Assembly (NCBI GenBank): GCA_964016885.1
Contig: OZ024740.1
Span: 37,138,001-37,202,000 of the forward strand
Length of the DNA: 64,000 nt
Direction of reading: 5' to 3'
DNA from: Eledone cirrhosa
Taxonomy: Eukaryota
The notes beneath the pieces were generated by a model. The model saw only the letters and a program-made list of their open reading frames with translations. It was not told the origin of the DNA and made no database searches. The position numbers and the translations under genes were made by a program. Positions 36,901-50,593 of this stretch are shown piece after piece; position 1 is the first letter of the stretch; every line of letters begins with the position of its first letter.

Positions 36901-37597
36901 TGAAATCGGAGACTGAAGGACTGATTATATCAGCACAAAATCAGTGTCTGCCAACAACAAATTACCAAGCCAACATAATAAAAAATGGATGCAGCCCATA
37001 TGCCGTGTATGTAAAAATCAACCAAAGACCATTGACCATATAATTTCAATGTGCAGTCCTATAGCTCCAACCGAATACCTAAACAGGCATGACAGAGCTG
37101 CACAATACATACATTGGATAATGTGTAAGCATTTTGACCTGTCCCATCAAAAGAATTGGTGGGAGCATCAACCACCTCCCATACTTGAAAAAGATCACAT
37201 CGCAATCTTGTGGAACTTTAGCATCCAAACAGACCGAAAAATAGATGCAAATAGACCTGATATAATAGTGAAGGACTTTAAAAAGAGGGTATGCTTGCTA
37301 ATTGATATGTCCGTTCCAATAGACAAGAATGTATCTCCAAAAACATTTGAAAAATTGAGCAAGTATAAGGACTTGGAGATAGAAATTAGAAAAATGTGGA
37401 AATTGAGAACTAAAACAATACCAGTGGTTGTAGGCGCTCTAGGAATGATACCTAAGGGGTCTAATGATTACTTATCGCAAATCCCAGGAAAATCTCGTAT
37501 AGGAGAAATACATAAGATAGTACTAATGGGAACTGCCCATATACTAAGGAAGATTCTGTCAATATAAGTACATCACAAGTCTAAACACCTAAAGATG
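33950..37597 (+). mobile_element. Family D copy D2, near full-length, ORF 34108-37567 broken, 3'UTR cut short; 5' boundary uncertain
   Basis: N-terminal KWSREDNKEVLEAFY block; ORF fragments with stops and internal deletions near 35585 and 36463. Confidence 0.9.
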
Positions 37598-39493
37598 TAT
37601 GAAGACATGGAAAACAACACTCCTTTTGAATAGTGAAACAAAATCACTGGAAGCTGGAGAAGTTAATATTAATTGTGGAATTTTTCAGGGTGACTCTTTA
37701 TCACCGCTTTTATTCTGCATCGCACTTATACCATTAAGTAAAATGCTCAATGAAACAAAACATGGATATAAAGTCTATGACAAAACCATAAATCACCTGT
37801 TCTACATGGATGACCTGAAACTATTTGCAAAAAATGATGAACAATTGCAAGGGCTATTATCCACTGTGAAGCAGTTCAGTGATGACATTAAAATGGAGTT
37901 TGGACTAAATAAATGCGCCAAAGCAACGTTCACCAGAGGAAAGCTGCTGAAGAGTTCAGACATTAATCTTGATCGGGGGAACGTGATAAGAGAACTTGAT
38001 CAAGAAAAAACTTACAAATATCTAGGTGTTTGTGAAGGAGACGGAATCAAGCACTCGACAATGAGGGTAAAGATAAGGAAGGAATGTTACCGCAGAGTAA
38101 GAGCAATCTTAAGAACGGAATTGAATGCAAGGAATGGGATCGATGCCATAAACACGCTTGTCATACCAGTAGTAACCTACAGTTACAATGTCATCAACTG
38201 GTCAAGCACAGAGATCCGTAGGCTCGATACAAAAATCCGAAAATTCTTAACCATGCACAGAATGCATCACCCTAAGGCAGACATAGATAGAATATATCTC
38301 CCTAGGAAAGAAGGAGGACGTGGGTTAATCCAGTTAGACATTGCGTTGAAAACTGCAACAATTGGATTATCCACATATCTAAGGGAATCACATGATTGGA
38401 TGATCAAACTCGTTTTGAAACACGAAAGCACCAAAAGATCATATTCCATTACAAAAGATGCACAAAGATACAGTAATGGACTACAAATTTCAGAAGTCCC
38501 ATTTACTGCTGAAATGGAAAACACAGAAAAAGCAAAGCAGGTAAAAGTAACTGCAAAGAAAGAACTGCTACAGAAACTGGCTAAGAAATGGCAAGAAAAG
38601 TCTCTGTATGGAAAATACCCAGAGCGAGCTAACAATCCTGATGTTGACAAAACTTTAACCCATCAGTGGTTGGCATCCTCTGGACTGAAATCGGAGACTG
38701 CAGGACTGATTATATCGGCACAAGATCAGTGTCTGCCAACAAAAAATTACCAAGCCAACATAATAAAAAATGGGTGCAGCCCATTATGCCGTGTATGCAA
38801 AAAACAACCAGAGACCATTGACCATATAATTTCAATGTGCAGTCCTATAGCTCCAACCGAATACCTAAACAGGCATGACAGAGCTGCACAATACATACAT
38901 TGGATAATGTGTAAGCATTTTAACCTGCCCCATCAAAAGAATTGGTGGGAGCATCAACCACCTCCCATACTTGAAAAAGATCACATCTCAATCTTGTGGA
39001 ACTTTAGCATCCAAACAGACCGAAAAATAGATGCAAACAGACCTGATATAATATTGAAAGACTTTCAAAAGAGGGTATGCCTGCTAATTGATATGTCTGT
39101 TCCAATAGACAAGAATGTATCTATAAAAACATTTGAAAAATTGAGCAAGTATAAGGACCTGGAGATAGAAATTGGAAAAATGTGGAAATTGAGAACTAAA
39201 ACAATACCAGTGGTTGTAGGCGCTCTGGGAATGATACCTAAGGGGTCTAATGATTACTTATCGCAAATCCCAGGAAACCCGCGTATAGGAGAAATACAAA
39301 AGATAGTATTAATGGGAACTGCCCATATACTAAGGAAGATTCTGTCAATATAAGTACATCACAAGTCTAAACACTAAAGATGCATGTGTGAATATGTATG
39401 TTCTTTCTTGAACATGGCGGACCTTGTTGTCTCTTGAGGTCACTGGTTGTGACTTGGTGATAACTCGTATAAACATAAAGCAAGATAAATGCA
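37598..39493 (+). mobile_element. Family D copy D3, 5'-truncated, fused directly to D2
   Basis: Near-identical to D1; followed by AAT repeat 39494-39544. Confidence 0.93.
37599..39353 (+). CDS. D3 partial RT-CCHC-RLE, open to the natural stop
   Basis: Same motifs as D1. Confidence 0.85.
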   Translation: MKTWKTTLLLNSETKSLEAGEVNINCGIFQGDSLSPLLFCIALIPLSKMLNETKHGYKVYDKTINHLFYMDDLKLFAKNDEQLQGLLSTVKQFSDDIKMEFGLNKCAKATFTRGKLLKSSDINLDRGNVIRELDQEKTYKYLGVCEGDGIKHSTMRVKIRKECYRRVRAILRTELNARNGIDAINTLVIPVVTYSYNVINWSSTEIRRLDTKIRKFLTMHRMHHPKADIDRIYLPRKEGGRGLIQLDIALKTATIGLSTYLRESHDWMIKLVLKHESTKRSYSITKDAQRYSNGLQISEVPFTAEMENTEKAKQVKVTAKKELLQKLAKKWQEKSLYGKYPERANNPDVDKTLTHQWLASSGLKSETAGLIISAQDQCLPTKNYQANIIKNGCSPLCRVCKKQPETIDHIISMCSPIAPTEYLNRHDRAAQYIHWIMCKHFNLPHQKNWWEHQPPPILEKDHISILWNFSIQTDRKIDANRPDIILKDFQKRVCLLIDMSVPIDKNVSIKTFEKLSKYKDLEIEIGKMWKLRTKTIPVVVGALGMIPKGSNDYLSQIPGNPRIGEIQKIVLMGTAHILRKILSI

Positions 39494-39535
<42 letters not shown>

Positions 39536-39544
39536 TATAATAAT

Positions 39545-42500
39545 CAGGCATCAAAATATATAAATAGACTGAATTGATGACCCGGTCAAAATCAAAAAAT
39601 CAAAATCAAAATCAAAGCAGCACAGCAACAACGAAAGACGTAAAGAAGAGAAAAATGAAGAGAAGAACAAACAGACGGAGAGAGAGGGGAAGGGAAAAAC
39701 TAAGTCAGACATTCAAACATTACATTACAATGAAACTTATGCTTATTCATTTGGGGGGGGGGCCTGTTTGTTTGTTTGTTTATTTATGTTCGTCTACAGC
39801 GTGATAATGCCATACAAAAATCACCGGGAGTGACGAAATCACCGGAGGTGATGAAATCGCCGGTGGTTATGAAACCATACATTCGCCAATCCTGGATAAG
39901 AGTGTTTAAATGTCGAACCTAAACAGTTCGAATAACGGTGAAGTGGAGACTAGAATGTCATGTGACAGACTCTCACCCTACAGGTGCTCCCTGGCTCAGC
40001 AGCAGGGACCAGGCTGTCAACCAAATACTGCTGGTGTCGGAGGAAGAAGAAGAAGGAAAGGGACCAGAACCAACTGGACGAAAGAATTGAATAGAACAGT
40101 TATGCAATGTTACCTGAAGAATAACCCCAAGGAGAAAGTCTATAGGAAACGGATGCATAACATCTGGAACGAGATTGGTCTATTTAAATTAGATGAACAA
40201 AAATTGGCCGGGCAGGCTTGGGTAATAAGAACTAATGGGTGGATAAGCGAGCTGGTACTGGAGGAACTGAGCAGAGAGATTAGGTTGGAAATGGAGAGTG
40301 GAGTATGCCAGGCAAACGAGCCAGTGGGAAATGAAGGTGAAGAGGTCGAGAGAACGGAGGAACCATCCGAAGCAGACAATGATCTGAATGCTGAAATAAA
40401 TAATAATACCTGGAACAGAGATACGGCCACTGAGGAGATGAATGCTGACGGGCTAGGACAAGATTTGGTTGATATCCTAAACTTAGTGGTAGATGAATTG
40501 AACAATGATAGTGGGAAACCTATGAACCTAAGATTTGTAGACAGGAAAAAGTTAAAAGAAACAATAGCTAAGGTAAACAAAGTCATCCCATACCTTGAGG
40601 CGAGGAGCCTTCACCAGTGCAACAATATCCTCAAAGCAACAGCAAATACGGTGAGGAAATTACTTGGTACAAAAGCGAGGGGAAACAACAAACAAGAAAG
40701 ATCAGAACCTTGGTGGAAGAAACGACTGAGTGGTCAAATCAGGGAAATGAGAAATGACATTGGAAAGCTTGAGTCCCTATTGAATGGGACACTAAAAAAC
40801 ATAGACACTAAAAATAGACTGGAAATAAAGTACAAAACTAGGAGGAAAAAGCTAAATATTATCATAGAGGAACTGAAGCAACGCATTGTAGCAAAGAGTG
40901 CAAAAATCAGGCGATGCGAGAACAGAGTCAGTCAGTATAGACAGAACCGCATGTTTGACAACAACCAGAAGATGCTGTTTGGACAGCTTGAAGGGAAAGA
41001 AAGAGGCAACGACTTGATCCCTGAGGCGGAACAAACTAAAACATTCTGGAGAGGAATATGGGAGCACGATATTAAACATAATGACCAGGCAGTGTGGATT
41101 GAGACAGTACAGAAGGAGATTAGTGAACAGGCACACCAACAAACTTATTTGAGTATCACAGTTGAAACTCTTAAGGGGATGCCAAAACAATAACCAACTG
41201 GAAATCACCAGGCCCAGATGGTCTGCAGGGGTATTGGATTAAATATATAACATCCCTCCACCCGAAACTGACAACCATGTTCAATGACTGCTTGATGTCA
41301 GGTGAGGTACCAGAGTGGTTGACAAAAGGTACCACAGTTCTGATAATGAAAGACCGAATCAAGGGTAATGATGTTACCAACTATAGACCTATCACATGTC
41401 TGTCCGTAATGTGGAAACTGTTGACAAGCATTATGTCTGAGGAAATCTACCATCACCTCCACACAAACAACTTGTTACCGGACGAACAGAAAGGATGCCG
41501 AAAGAAGTCCCGTGGTACAAAGACCAGTTACTTATTGATAAGATGGTAATGAGGAATTGCAAGAGGAGACACACTGGTCTTACCATGGGATGGATAGACT
41601 ACAAAAAGGCATTTGACATGGTGCCTCATTCTTGGATCACCAAAAGCCTAGAGATCTTCAAGGTGGCAGATAACATCAGACAGTTGTTGGGCAAAAGTAT
41701 GAAGTCCTGGGAAACAGAGTTAACATCAGCTGGAGAATCCTTGGGAAGCGTGAAGATCAAGAGAGGTATCTTCCAGGGAGATAGTCTGTCCCCTCTGTTG
41801 TTTGTCCTTGCCCTGATGCCCCTGACCAGTATACTGCGAAAAGTGAGAGCAGGATACAGGTTGGGAAAGGGAGGGCTTACCATTAATCACCTCCTCTTCA
41901 TGGACGATCTTAAGCTCTTCGGGAAGAGTGAGAAGGAGTTGGGTGTGCTTGTTGACACTGTCCGTATTTTCAGCAATGATATATGTATGCAATTTGGTAT
42001 TAGTAAGTGTGGAGTCCTTGTGATGAAGAGGAATAAATTGAGCAGAAGTAACGGAATCCAGGTACCAACAGGTGAGATGATAAAGGAAATTGACACTGAA
42101 GAAGGATACAAGTATTTGGGCGTTCTGGATGCTGATGACATCAAGAACAAAAAAATGAAGGAATTGATAAGAACTGAATACCTTCGTAGAGTAAGGAGCG
42201 TATTAAAGTCACATCTGAACATTAGGAATGCCATAAGTGCAGTAAATTCCCGAGCTGTGTCTATTATTAGGTACAGTGCGGGAATTCTGAGATGGAATGT
42301 TGTTGAACAAAAAGAAAGGAGAGGAAGACTAGGAAGCTATTGACTATCTACAACATGTTCCACAAGAGGAGTGATGTCGATAGACTCTACTTAAGGAGAT
42401 CTGAAGGTGGAAGAGGTCTTATCAGCATAGAGGACTGTGTTCAGATGGGGAAAAACAACCTACACAAATACGTGACTGATAGTAAGGAGCCAATGCTCAG

Positions 42501-43408
42501 AACTGTACTGAAGGAGAGGACAATAGACCAGGGTATATCCAAGGAGGAAATAACATCAAGGAGAAAGAGCAGCCTTCAGGAAAAATCCCTTCATAGTACC
42601 TTATTTGAGAAAAATGAATTCAGAGATCCACAGACATGGAACTGTTTAAAAGAGGAGACCTTAAAAAGGCTACAGAAGGAATGTTAATGGCTGCGCAAGA
42701 GCAGGCCCTTAAAACGAAGTGGTTGAAACACCATATTTACAAGGAGGAGGCTAGCCCACTGTGCAGGATCTGTGGAGAGAGAGAGGAATCTGTGGCTCAC
42801 GTTGTATCCGAGTGTAAACACCTAGCCCAGACTCACTATATGGGCTGGAGAGATGATGTGATGGGCAGAGTGATCCACTGGCACCTATGCAAAGTAAACA
42901 ATTTACCACATTCTGAGAAATGGTATGAGCATAAGCCAGAGGCGGTGATAGAAAACGATCAGGTGAAGGTGCTGTGGGATTTTAGGATACAGACGCACAA
43001 GAAACTGGAACACAATAGACCTGACCTGGTGGTTGTGGACAAAGAAAAAAGATCGTGCCTGATTGTGGATGTAGCCTGCCCATTCGACACGAGAGTGCAA
43101 GAGAAGGAGAGGGAGAAAATTAACCGATACCAGGACTTAAAGTTGGAGGTAAAAAGGTTTTGGAACTGCCATGAAGTCAAAGTGGTCCCGATTGTCATAG
43201 GCGCACTAGGTACTATCTCAAAATGTTTCCAGGGATGGTTAAAGAAAATCGGCCCCTTCACGCTTTTTGGAACGCTTCAAAAGGCATGCTTGCCGGGAAC
43301 AGCAAGAACCCTCCGATACGTCCTGAATATCTGAGGCTGCAGGTAGTGGCTTGATATTCATTTCAACAAACTTTCCAGTTAACCAACATCAATGACTGAG
43401 ACTCAAAG
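39545..43408 (+). mobile_element. Family A copy A4, apparently full-length, ORF 39910-43334 with several frameshifts
   Basis: AAT repeats both sides (39494-39544, 43409-43465); ORF pieces align to A1. Confidence 0.93.
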
Positions 43409-43409
43409 A

Positions 43410-43465
<56 letters not shown>

Positions 43466-43466
<1 letters not shown>

Positions 43467-46400
43467 TTTTCTTTATTAACCACAAGGGTTCACATAAAGT
43501 AGACATTAAGGACAGTACAGGACAATACAGGACGGTACAAATGGGCATTTCTGCGTGTAAAAAAACAGAGGTTGAAATAAAATAACAAAGAAAAATTCCC
43601 CAATAGGGGGGAGACTTCCAAGGGACATTTGTGGAGAAAGCCCATTAAAAGACCACAGTGGCCCTGACCACCAGGGCAAGTGCCCTCTCCCAGTTTTCCA
43701 CCTTTAATTTACAGACACATACTCAGAGAAGGCCCATTCATTCGGGCCATACTTGCTTCTCTCACCCATCTTTCAACAAAATGCTGGGAAGAGAGCACTT
43801 CCCTCTCTACCCTGATTTTCCTTTTCAAATGAAATTTGAAAAAGTTAATCAGGGCATCACCGAAGAGGTAAGTGCTCGTCTTCAGCCCTTTCAAACGTGT
43901 CCACCATACTATCTCTTTCGCCATGGCCACCAGACAGATAAAAACTGCCTGCCCTTCCCGGCTAAAGGAAGGGGGCGGGGCAATCCTCACGATGGATTCA
44001 GCTGATAGCTGGATCCGTCCTACACGTGACAGCAGGTGTTCGACATAAACCCACAAGTCAGCCATGCTCGGACACTGGATGAGTGCGTGCAGGACGGTTT
44101 CGTCGCCCTGCGCGCATCTCGGACATGCCCGGCTGACGGCACCTCCATGCCTGTAGAGTTTATCCCGAACTGGCAAAGCTCCTCGGTAGCACTGCCAGGC
44201 CAGGGATTTCTGGAAGTTGTCCATAGGCCCCGGCCCGAAAGTCCTTCCGAAGAGATTGGCTAGTTGATTTTCGTCGACGCCTAGAGTTTCTCCAAGTACG
44301 TCGTCGCTCTTCCCCTCCACTAATCCCCTATAGAACGCCAAGGTGAAGTTTCCACCGATCACATTGCCCGATTGGTCGAGGGCTGTGAGCGCCTGAAAAC
44401 ATTCCAGTCTCCAAGCGCTCCCTTTCGGTCTTCGCTTGACCCAGGACTGCAGCTCCGTCAAGGAGACGAGCTGGGGAAAGACGCGTCTAGCAAACGGCGA
44501 CCACACCTGATCACCGTCGAGGAAGACGTGAAGATGTCGTAGCCTGAGCGCGTGTCTGCACATCATCAGCCACGGCATGCCCAGCCCTCCACGTAGCGGG
44601 TGTTGACAGCATATGGACCCCCTGACCATCGGAGCGCGTCCCTTCCCGAAAGAGCAAACGCTCCAGCGCAGTCAGGCGGGGCTTAGGACAAAGTACGACG
44701 GTCAGGCGGTAGTAGATGACGGACGCGATGTACGCGTTAGCCACATCCGCTCGACCTTTCAGGGATAGCTTCCTCTCGGCCTATTTCTGGGTGAGAGAAG
44801 CCACCCTGCTCGTCTCCTCGTCCCAGTTTTTGTCCGTCTGGATGTCCGGCCCGAACCAGACCCCTAGCAATTTAACCGGTCCGTCCGTCCAGCGCCCGAC
44901 GACGCTGTTGGACGGCATGGACCTGCCTCTCCAGGTGCCGAGCTGCAGGCCCACTGACTTTTCCTCGTTGATCATTGCTCCTGTCACCGCTTCGTATTCT
45001 CTTAGTGTAGTGCCGATCGCCTCAATGTGTTTGGCGTTCGACACCACTACGGTGACATCGTCCGCATATGCTGACACGGATCTTCCGCATCCTAGTTCGC
45101 ACGGGACCCCCCTCAACGTCTCCAGTTTGTGCAGTAATGGCTCGAGAGTCAATACGTACAAGAGGGACGAGAGGGGACATCCTTGGCGGACCGAGCGCAT
45201 GATGTTGAACGGTTCCGAAAGGTGACCGTTCACTCTCACCACAGAGCAGATGACGCTGTGCATGGCAGCGATCAAGCCTCTGAAGACGGGCCCAAAGCCA
45301 GCCGCTCTCAGGACTGCCGCTAGGTAACGATGGTCGACCCTATCGAAAGCTTTCGACTGATCTAAATTGAACAAGGACCCATCCGTGCCAGGTTCCCTAG
45401 CTACCCTCTCTACGATGTATCGCATGAGGTGGATGTTGTCGTGGATGGATCTGTCGGGAATGGCGCACGTCTGCGCCTCTTCCACCAGACCACCAATGAC
45501 AAGCGCCAACCTCTTTGCTAGCACCTTGCCCAAAATCTTGAACTCTTTGTTTAGCAGATTTATGGGCCTGAAATTATCTATGTTATTTCCCTTGTTCGGA
45601 TCCTTTCTCAGCAGCGGCACAGTTCCTCAGCTCACAGAGCTGGGAATTCTCCCGTTCTGTTGCCAGTTGCAGTAGACGTCCGCCAAGAGGCCTCCGAACA
45701 AGTCTGGCACCTGTACGTAAAGTTCATAGGGCAGACCATCAAAACCAGGCGATTTACCCCTTGTGCAGCCAGTTATTGCCTTCCGTACTTCAGCGGCTGT
45801 TATCGGCTTTTCGCAACACTCCGCCTTAGTGGCCGAGAGCCGCTGCAGTCCGTTGAGGTAGACACTAAAGTCCATACCTCGACCCGGCCCACCGCTGCCC
45901 CCGAACAGCTGTGCAAAGTGTCGCTGAAAAGCTTCACATATTTGCCCGGGATCGAGTAGCATGCGCCCGTCGTGGTCCACCAATGACCGGATCGTTGCTT
46001 TGTTGACACGACGCGCCTCCGCGACTCGGGCCCATTGAACGCAGCCCTGAAAACGCAGCCTTCGTGCTTTACATTGAAGAATTGGTCAAGGGCTAATTTC
46101 GCCGCAAGTACGTCGGTCGCAATGCCTTTGCTAAGCGCCTCGTCTAATTTTCTATCTAATTCTCCCTCTGCTCTATTTTTCTCTATTGCTAAAGCCTTAC
46201 TAAACCCAATGGACTCTATTCTAATTGCTCTTTTCAGAGCAAACCACCACTTGTTGTTGGCGATGGCCCCCGTCAACGCCCTCTTAACTAGTTTGCTAAA
46301 CCTGTCTCTGTAGGCCTTGCGCGCTGGTAAGGACGCGTTTAGCTTCCAGTAGCCGGGTCCTCGTCTATGAAGCCTATCTAAGTCAAGCACACAGATCACG

Positions 46401-49265
46401 AATTTGTGGTCTGTGTAGCTGACTATCTTGAATTGTGGACAGCCTATGCTAAACCCATCTATTTCCCTACAAAATACTCTATCTAGATATGATCTGGATG
46501 ACCCTATGAGATTTGTCCAAGTCCACATTGGCACATTCGGGAAATCCAATCGGTACCTGTCAGACAGTTCAAAACGCCTGAGCCGGTTGGTGAGGCTTTT
46601 GCACCCTCCTCCCCTATCCGCTGATCCCACACAGTCCCAGCGTGCATCTAAGATCCCGTTCCAGTCGCCCACTAACACTAAAGAGCGGGACGTTCCAAGA
46701 AAGGTCTCCAGACGCCGGAAGAAATCAGGCCGCACTGCTCCTGTCGGGGCATAGACGGCCACTAACTTGAAAGCTTGCTCGACTCCGCTGGTCACGTCTA
46801 GCAGCACCAACTTACCTTCTGGGTCCAGGAAGGTGGCCCGTGTGGCAAGATCCAAACCTCTCCGAAAAAGCACAGCAACTTCACCCCCCGATCCCGGACG
46901 GCTGGGAGATGCGTACACATCGTAGCCGCCGAAGATCGGTGCGAAGGCCTGTGCTTCGGAGATTCTGGTCTCGCTGATGGCCACTACATCTATGTTTAGT
47001 GACCTGAGGTCGTTGAGCAGGTGGCCCTGCTTCCATGACAACCCCAAGCCGCGCGCATTTATGCTGCCTATTCTGAGTGAGGTCATGTTGAAAAGGGGTG
47101 GAAAAGATGGGAAAGACCACTTACCTTACTTCCCGCAGAGGAAGGATGGTTTCTCCATCCCTTTTCACTTGATCGTCTGGTGAAGGGACCGTTGAATCGT
47201 CCCTTCGTCTGGTCGTCGGCTCTTCTGTGAGTATATCCGAATATACTCTCCGGTTGAGTGTCCCTCCTAGGTCTCTGAAATCACCAACTGCGTTGGGGAA
47301 TTTCGTTTTTATGTTCGTTGGTGTTTTGATTGGTGCTGGTATTATGTAGTCGTGCTGTGAAATGTCTGTGTGTTCAATTATGTAAGTCATTAGTTTCTTG
47401 TTGTGTGTATTTATTGCTGTACATTTGTTTTTGTGGGGGTGGGGTGTGGTTCTGCTATTTTCTTGTCGTTGTTGCTGGGTGTGTGTGTTTTGTTGTCGCC
47501 GGTGGTGATGGTGGTGCTAGTGTGGGTGGTGATGGTGTTGGTGGTGTTACTGCTGTAAGTCTCTTTGCAGTAGCCTTTACCCTTTTTTCGTTTCTTTCCT
47601 CCCTTTTCGAAGGCGACGATGCGCTGCTTCTGCGTTTGTCCTTCTTGCGACCTTTTGCCAGCCCTCTCCCACCTCACACTCCATGTCCGATTCTGTGAGG
47701 TCGGGGAGGGGTACCAGCTCCACTCTTTCACTTGTTGTTGTTGGTGATGTTTGCAGTGGAGTCTCTGTTGCAGCTGCAGTTGGTATTGCTGTTATTGTTG
47801 TTAATACTTCCACTGCTGCTGCTGTTCTTGATTTCCGTGGCGTGAGTATGTGTGCCACGGACCTATCATTCTTGGTTGCCGCCTGTCCTGTTGCTGGTGG
47901 CAGTGGAGCCGGTTTCGGAAGGAGGGGGGTTTTCTCCTTTCTCAGGGTCTTCTCATAGCAGAAGGCCCTGAGTTGAGTCTTCGATCCACAGCGTTTGCCC
48001 TCAACACATATGGACAGTTGAGTGCCGTTATCGAAGTCTATCACATCCGGGATAGCTTCGATGCACTCCTGGTTGGTTTGGATTAGCATCTCAATGGAGG
48101 TGCCGACCCAATCTTCTCTTACTTTTTTTTGTACTTGCAGTACAGTTGTTTTGTCCTCGATTCCGACGAGGACAGACGCAGCCAGCCAAGAAGGGGCCAT
48201 CCCGGAGGGGACGTGGGTCAGTTTGACCCTCACAATTTTTTGCCCGCAGTAGGAGGGCACCAACACCATTTCCTCGCTCCTTAGGGTCACTACGGATTGG
48301 GCCTTTGCCTCCTGGGGTGTGGCAAAAAGTACGTCTACGGTGGCATATTTTTTGCCTCGGGTGATGTGCGTTTTCCGCTGCCACACAGACCCCAAGGCTT
48401 TTTGTATTTGAGCCTCTGTGGCTCTTTCCACCCTACGGGATTTTGTACTTACTTGCAGATTGCTCGGTGTCCAATCTTTGTCACCATCTTCTTCGCTTCC
48501 TCTAATTCCTCATTTGTTATGAGGATTGTTTCCAAGTTTTTCGCAATACCTGCAAATGAGATTGGTTTTTCTCTGCTGTTGTTGTTGTCGTCAGAGCTGC
48601 TGTTACTTTTGTTGTTGCTGCAGATACTACGACTACTGCCTCCGCCGCTGTTGCTGTGGTTGTTGTTGGTGTTGCTGCTGCTAATGCTGTTGTTGTTTAT
48701 GCTGCTGGTGATGCTGTTGAGGCTGCTACTGCTGTTTTCATTGTCACTGTTGCTGTTGTTATTACGGCTGCTACTGCTATTATTCCTGACGTCAGACGAA
48801 TGAACTGGGTTTTTGTATTTCCCGCACACTTGTTTCGTCGCTGTCGTCGTCGTCGTGGAGAAACCTTGCACGCTTTGCACGAGACTTTTCTTTTCTTTCG
48901 TCGCTTGCGAAAGAGAAGGGAGGGAGAGAGACACATTTAAAGAAGGGAGGGAGAGAGACAATCTTCTCTCTGCTGTAGTGATGATTGAGGAAGAAGAAGA
49001 CGGAATGAGTGGGAGTGACCTATGAAATTTCTTTTTCGTAGCCATGTTGTTTTGTTTTTTTGTTTAAATTAAATATTGGGTACAAAACCCCAATAAGCAG
49101 TTATTTAACCCCGAAGGGCCAAATAACGGGCAGAAAGACCCCTCTCACGAGGAGGAGGGTGTTTTTGTCTACAAGTTCGTTAAAGTTTTCAACAATTTAC
49201 AATTGTTATAGTGTTCAAAATTTACAATACCTTACAGAGCCGAGCCTCCGTCAGCCATAGCATTC
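43466..49265 (-). mobile_element. Full-length Tx1 copy T2 (ORF1 type I 49045-47121, ORF2 47086-43709, both disrupted)
   Basis: Homologous to T1 end to end; AAT repeats on both sides. Confidence 0.93.
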
Positions 49266-49281
49266 AATAATAATAATAATA

Positions 49282-49502
49282 ATAAAGTCTATGACAAAAC
49301 CATTAATCACTTGTTCTACATGGATGACCTGAAACTATTTGCAAAAAATGATGAACTATTGCAAGGGCTATTATCCACTGTGGAGCAGTTCAGTGATGAC
49401 ATTAAAATGGAGTTTGGACTAGATAAATGCGCCAAAGCAACGTTCACCAGAGGAAAGCTGCTGAAGAGTTCAGACATTAATCCTGATCGGGGGAACGTGA
49501 TA
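49282..49502 (+). mobile_element. Family D copy D4, 220-bp RT fragment
   Basis: KTINHLFYMDDLKLFAKND...RGNVI matches D1 31030-31245; starts in (AAT)6. Confidence 0.92.
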
Positions 49503-50593
49503 GGAGGGCACCAACACCATTTCCTCGCTCCTTAGGGTCACTAAGGATTGAGCCTTTGCCTCCTGGGGTGTGGCAAAAAGCACGTCCACGGTGGCATATT
49601 TCTTGCCTCGGGTGATATGCGTTTTCAGCTGCAACACAGACTTTAAGGCTTTTTGTATTTGAGCCTCTGTGGCTCTTTCAACCCTACGGGAGTTTGTGCT
49701 TACTGTACGGTACGTGACCGAACAGTGCTGTTGGGTTTCGAAAAATTGTTCGGCTGCCTTTCAGATTGCTCGGTGTCCGGTTTTCGTCACCATCTTTGCT
49801 TCCTGTAATTCCTCATTTGTTATAAGGATGGTTTCCAGGTTCTTTGCAATATCTGCAAACGAGATTGGTTTTTCTTTGTTGTTGTTGTTGTTGTTGTTGC
49901 TTCTGCTGGTACTACGCCTGCCGCCGCCGCTGTTGCTATGGTTGTTGTTGTTGCTGCTGCTGCTGCTTGTGTTGTTGTTGCTGTTGCTGCTAATGCTGTT
50001 GGTGTTTATGCTGCTGCCGGTGCTGTTGCTGCTGCTACTGTTGTTTTCCTTGTCATTGCTGCTGTTATTACGGCTGCTACTGGTATTATTCATGACGTCA
50101 GACGAATGAAATGGGTTTCCGTATTTACCGCACACATGTTTCGTCGTTGTCATCGTCGTGGAGAAATGTTCCACGTTTTGCACGTGCTCTTGGAAACTAT
50201 CAGAAACTATATTTTTCTTTTTCTTTACTGGCGTCGCTTGCGAAAGAGAAGGGAGGGGGAGAGACACATTTAGAGAAGGGAGATAGAGAGACAACCTTCT
50301 CTCTGGTGTAGTGACGATTGAGGAAGAAGAAGACGGAATGAGTGGGAGTGACTTGTGAAAATTCTTTTTTGTAGCCATGTTTTTTTTTGGTTTAAAATAA
50401 ATATTGGGCACAAAACCCCAATAAGCGGTTATTTAACCCCGAAGGGCCAAACAACGGGCAGAAAGACTCCTCTCACGAGGAGGAGGGTGTTTTTGTCTAC
50501 AATTTTGTTAAAGTTTTAAACAATTTACAATTGTTATAGCGGTTAAAATTTACTATAACTTACAGAGCCGAGCCTCCGTCAACCATGGCATTC
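49501..50593 (-). mobile_element. Tx1 copy T3, 5'UTR + first part of a type I-variant ORF1 (ATG 50378)
   Basis: Same 5' end GAATGCCATGGTTGACGG as T1; MATKKNFHKSLPLIP; 3' portion missing. Confidence 0.9.

Noticed and set aside
30810-39493. Assembly duplication producing D1, D2 and D3
   Set aside because: Copies differ by many substitutions, indels and start points
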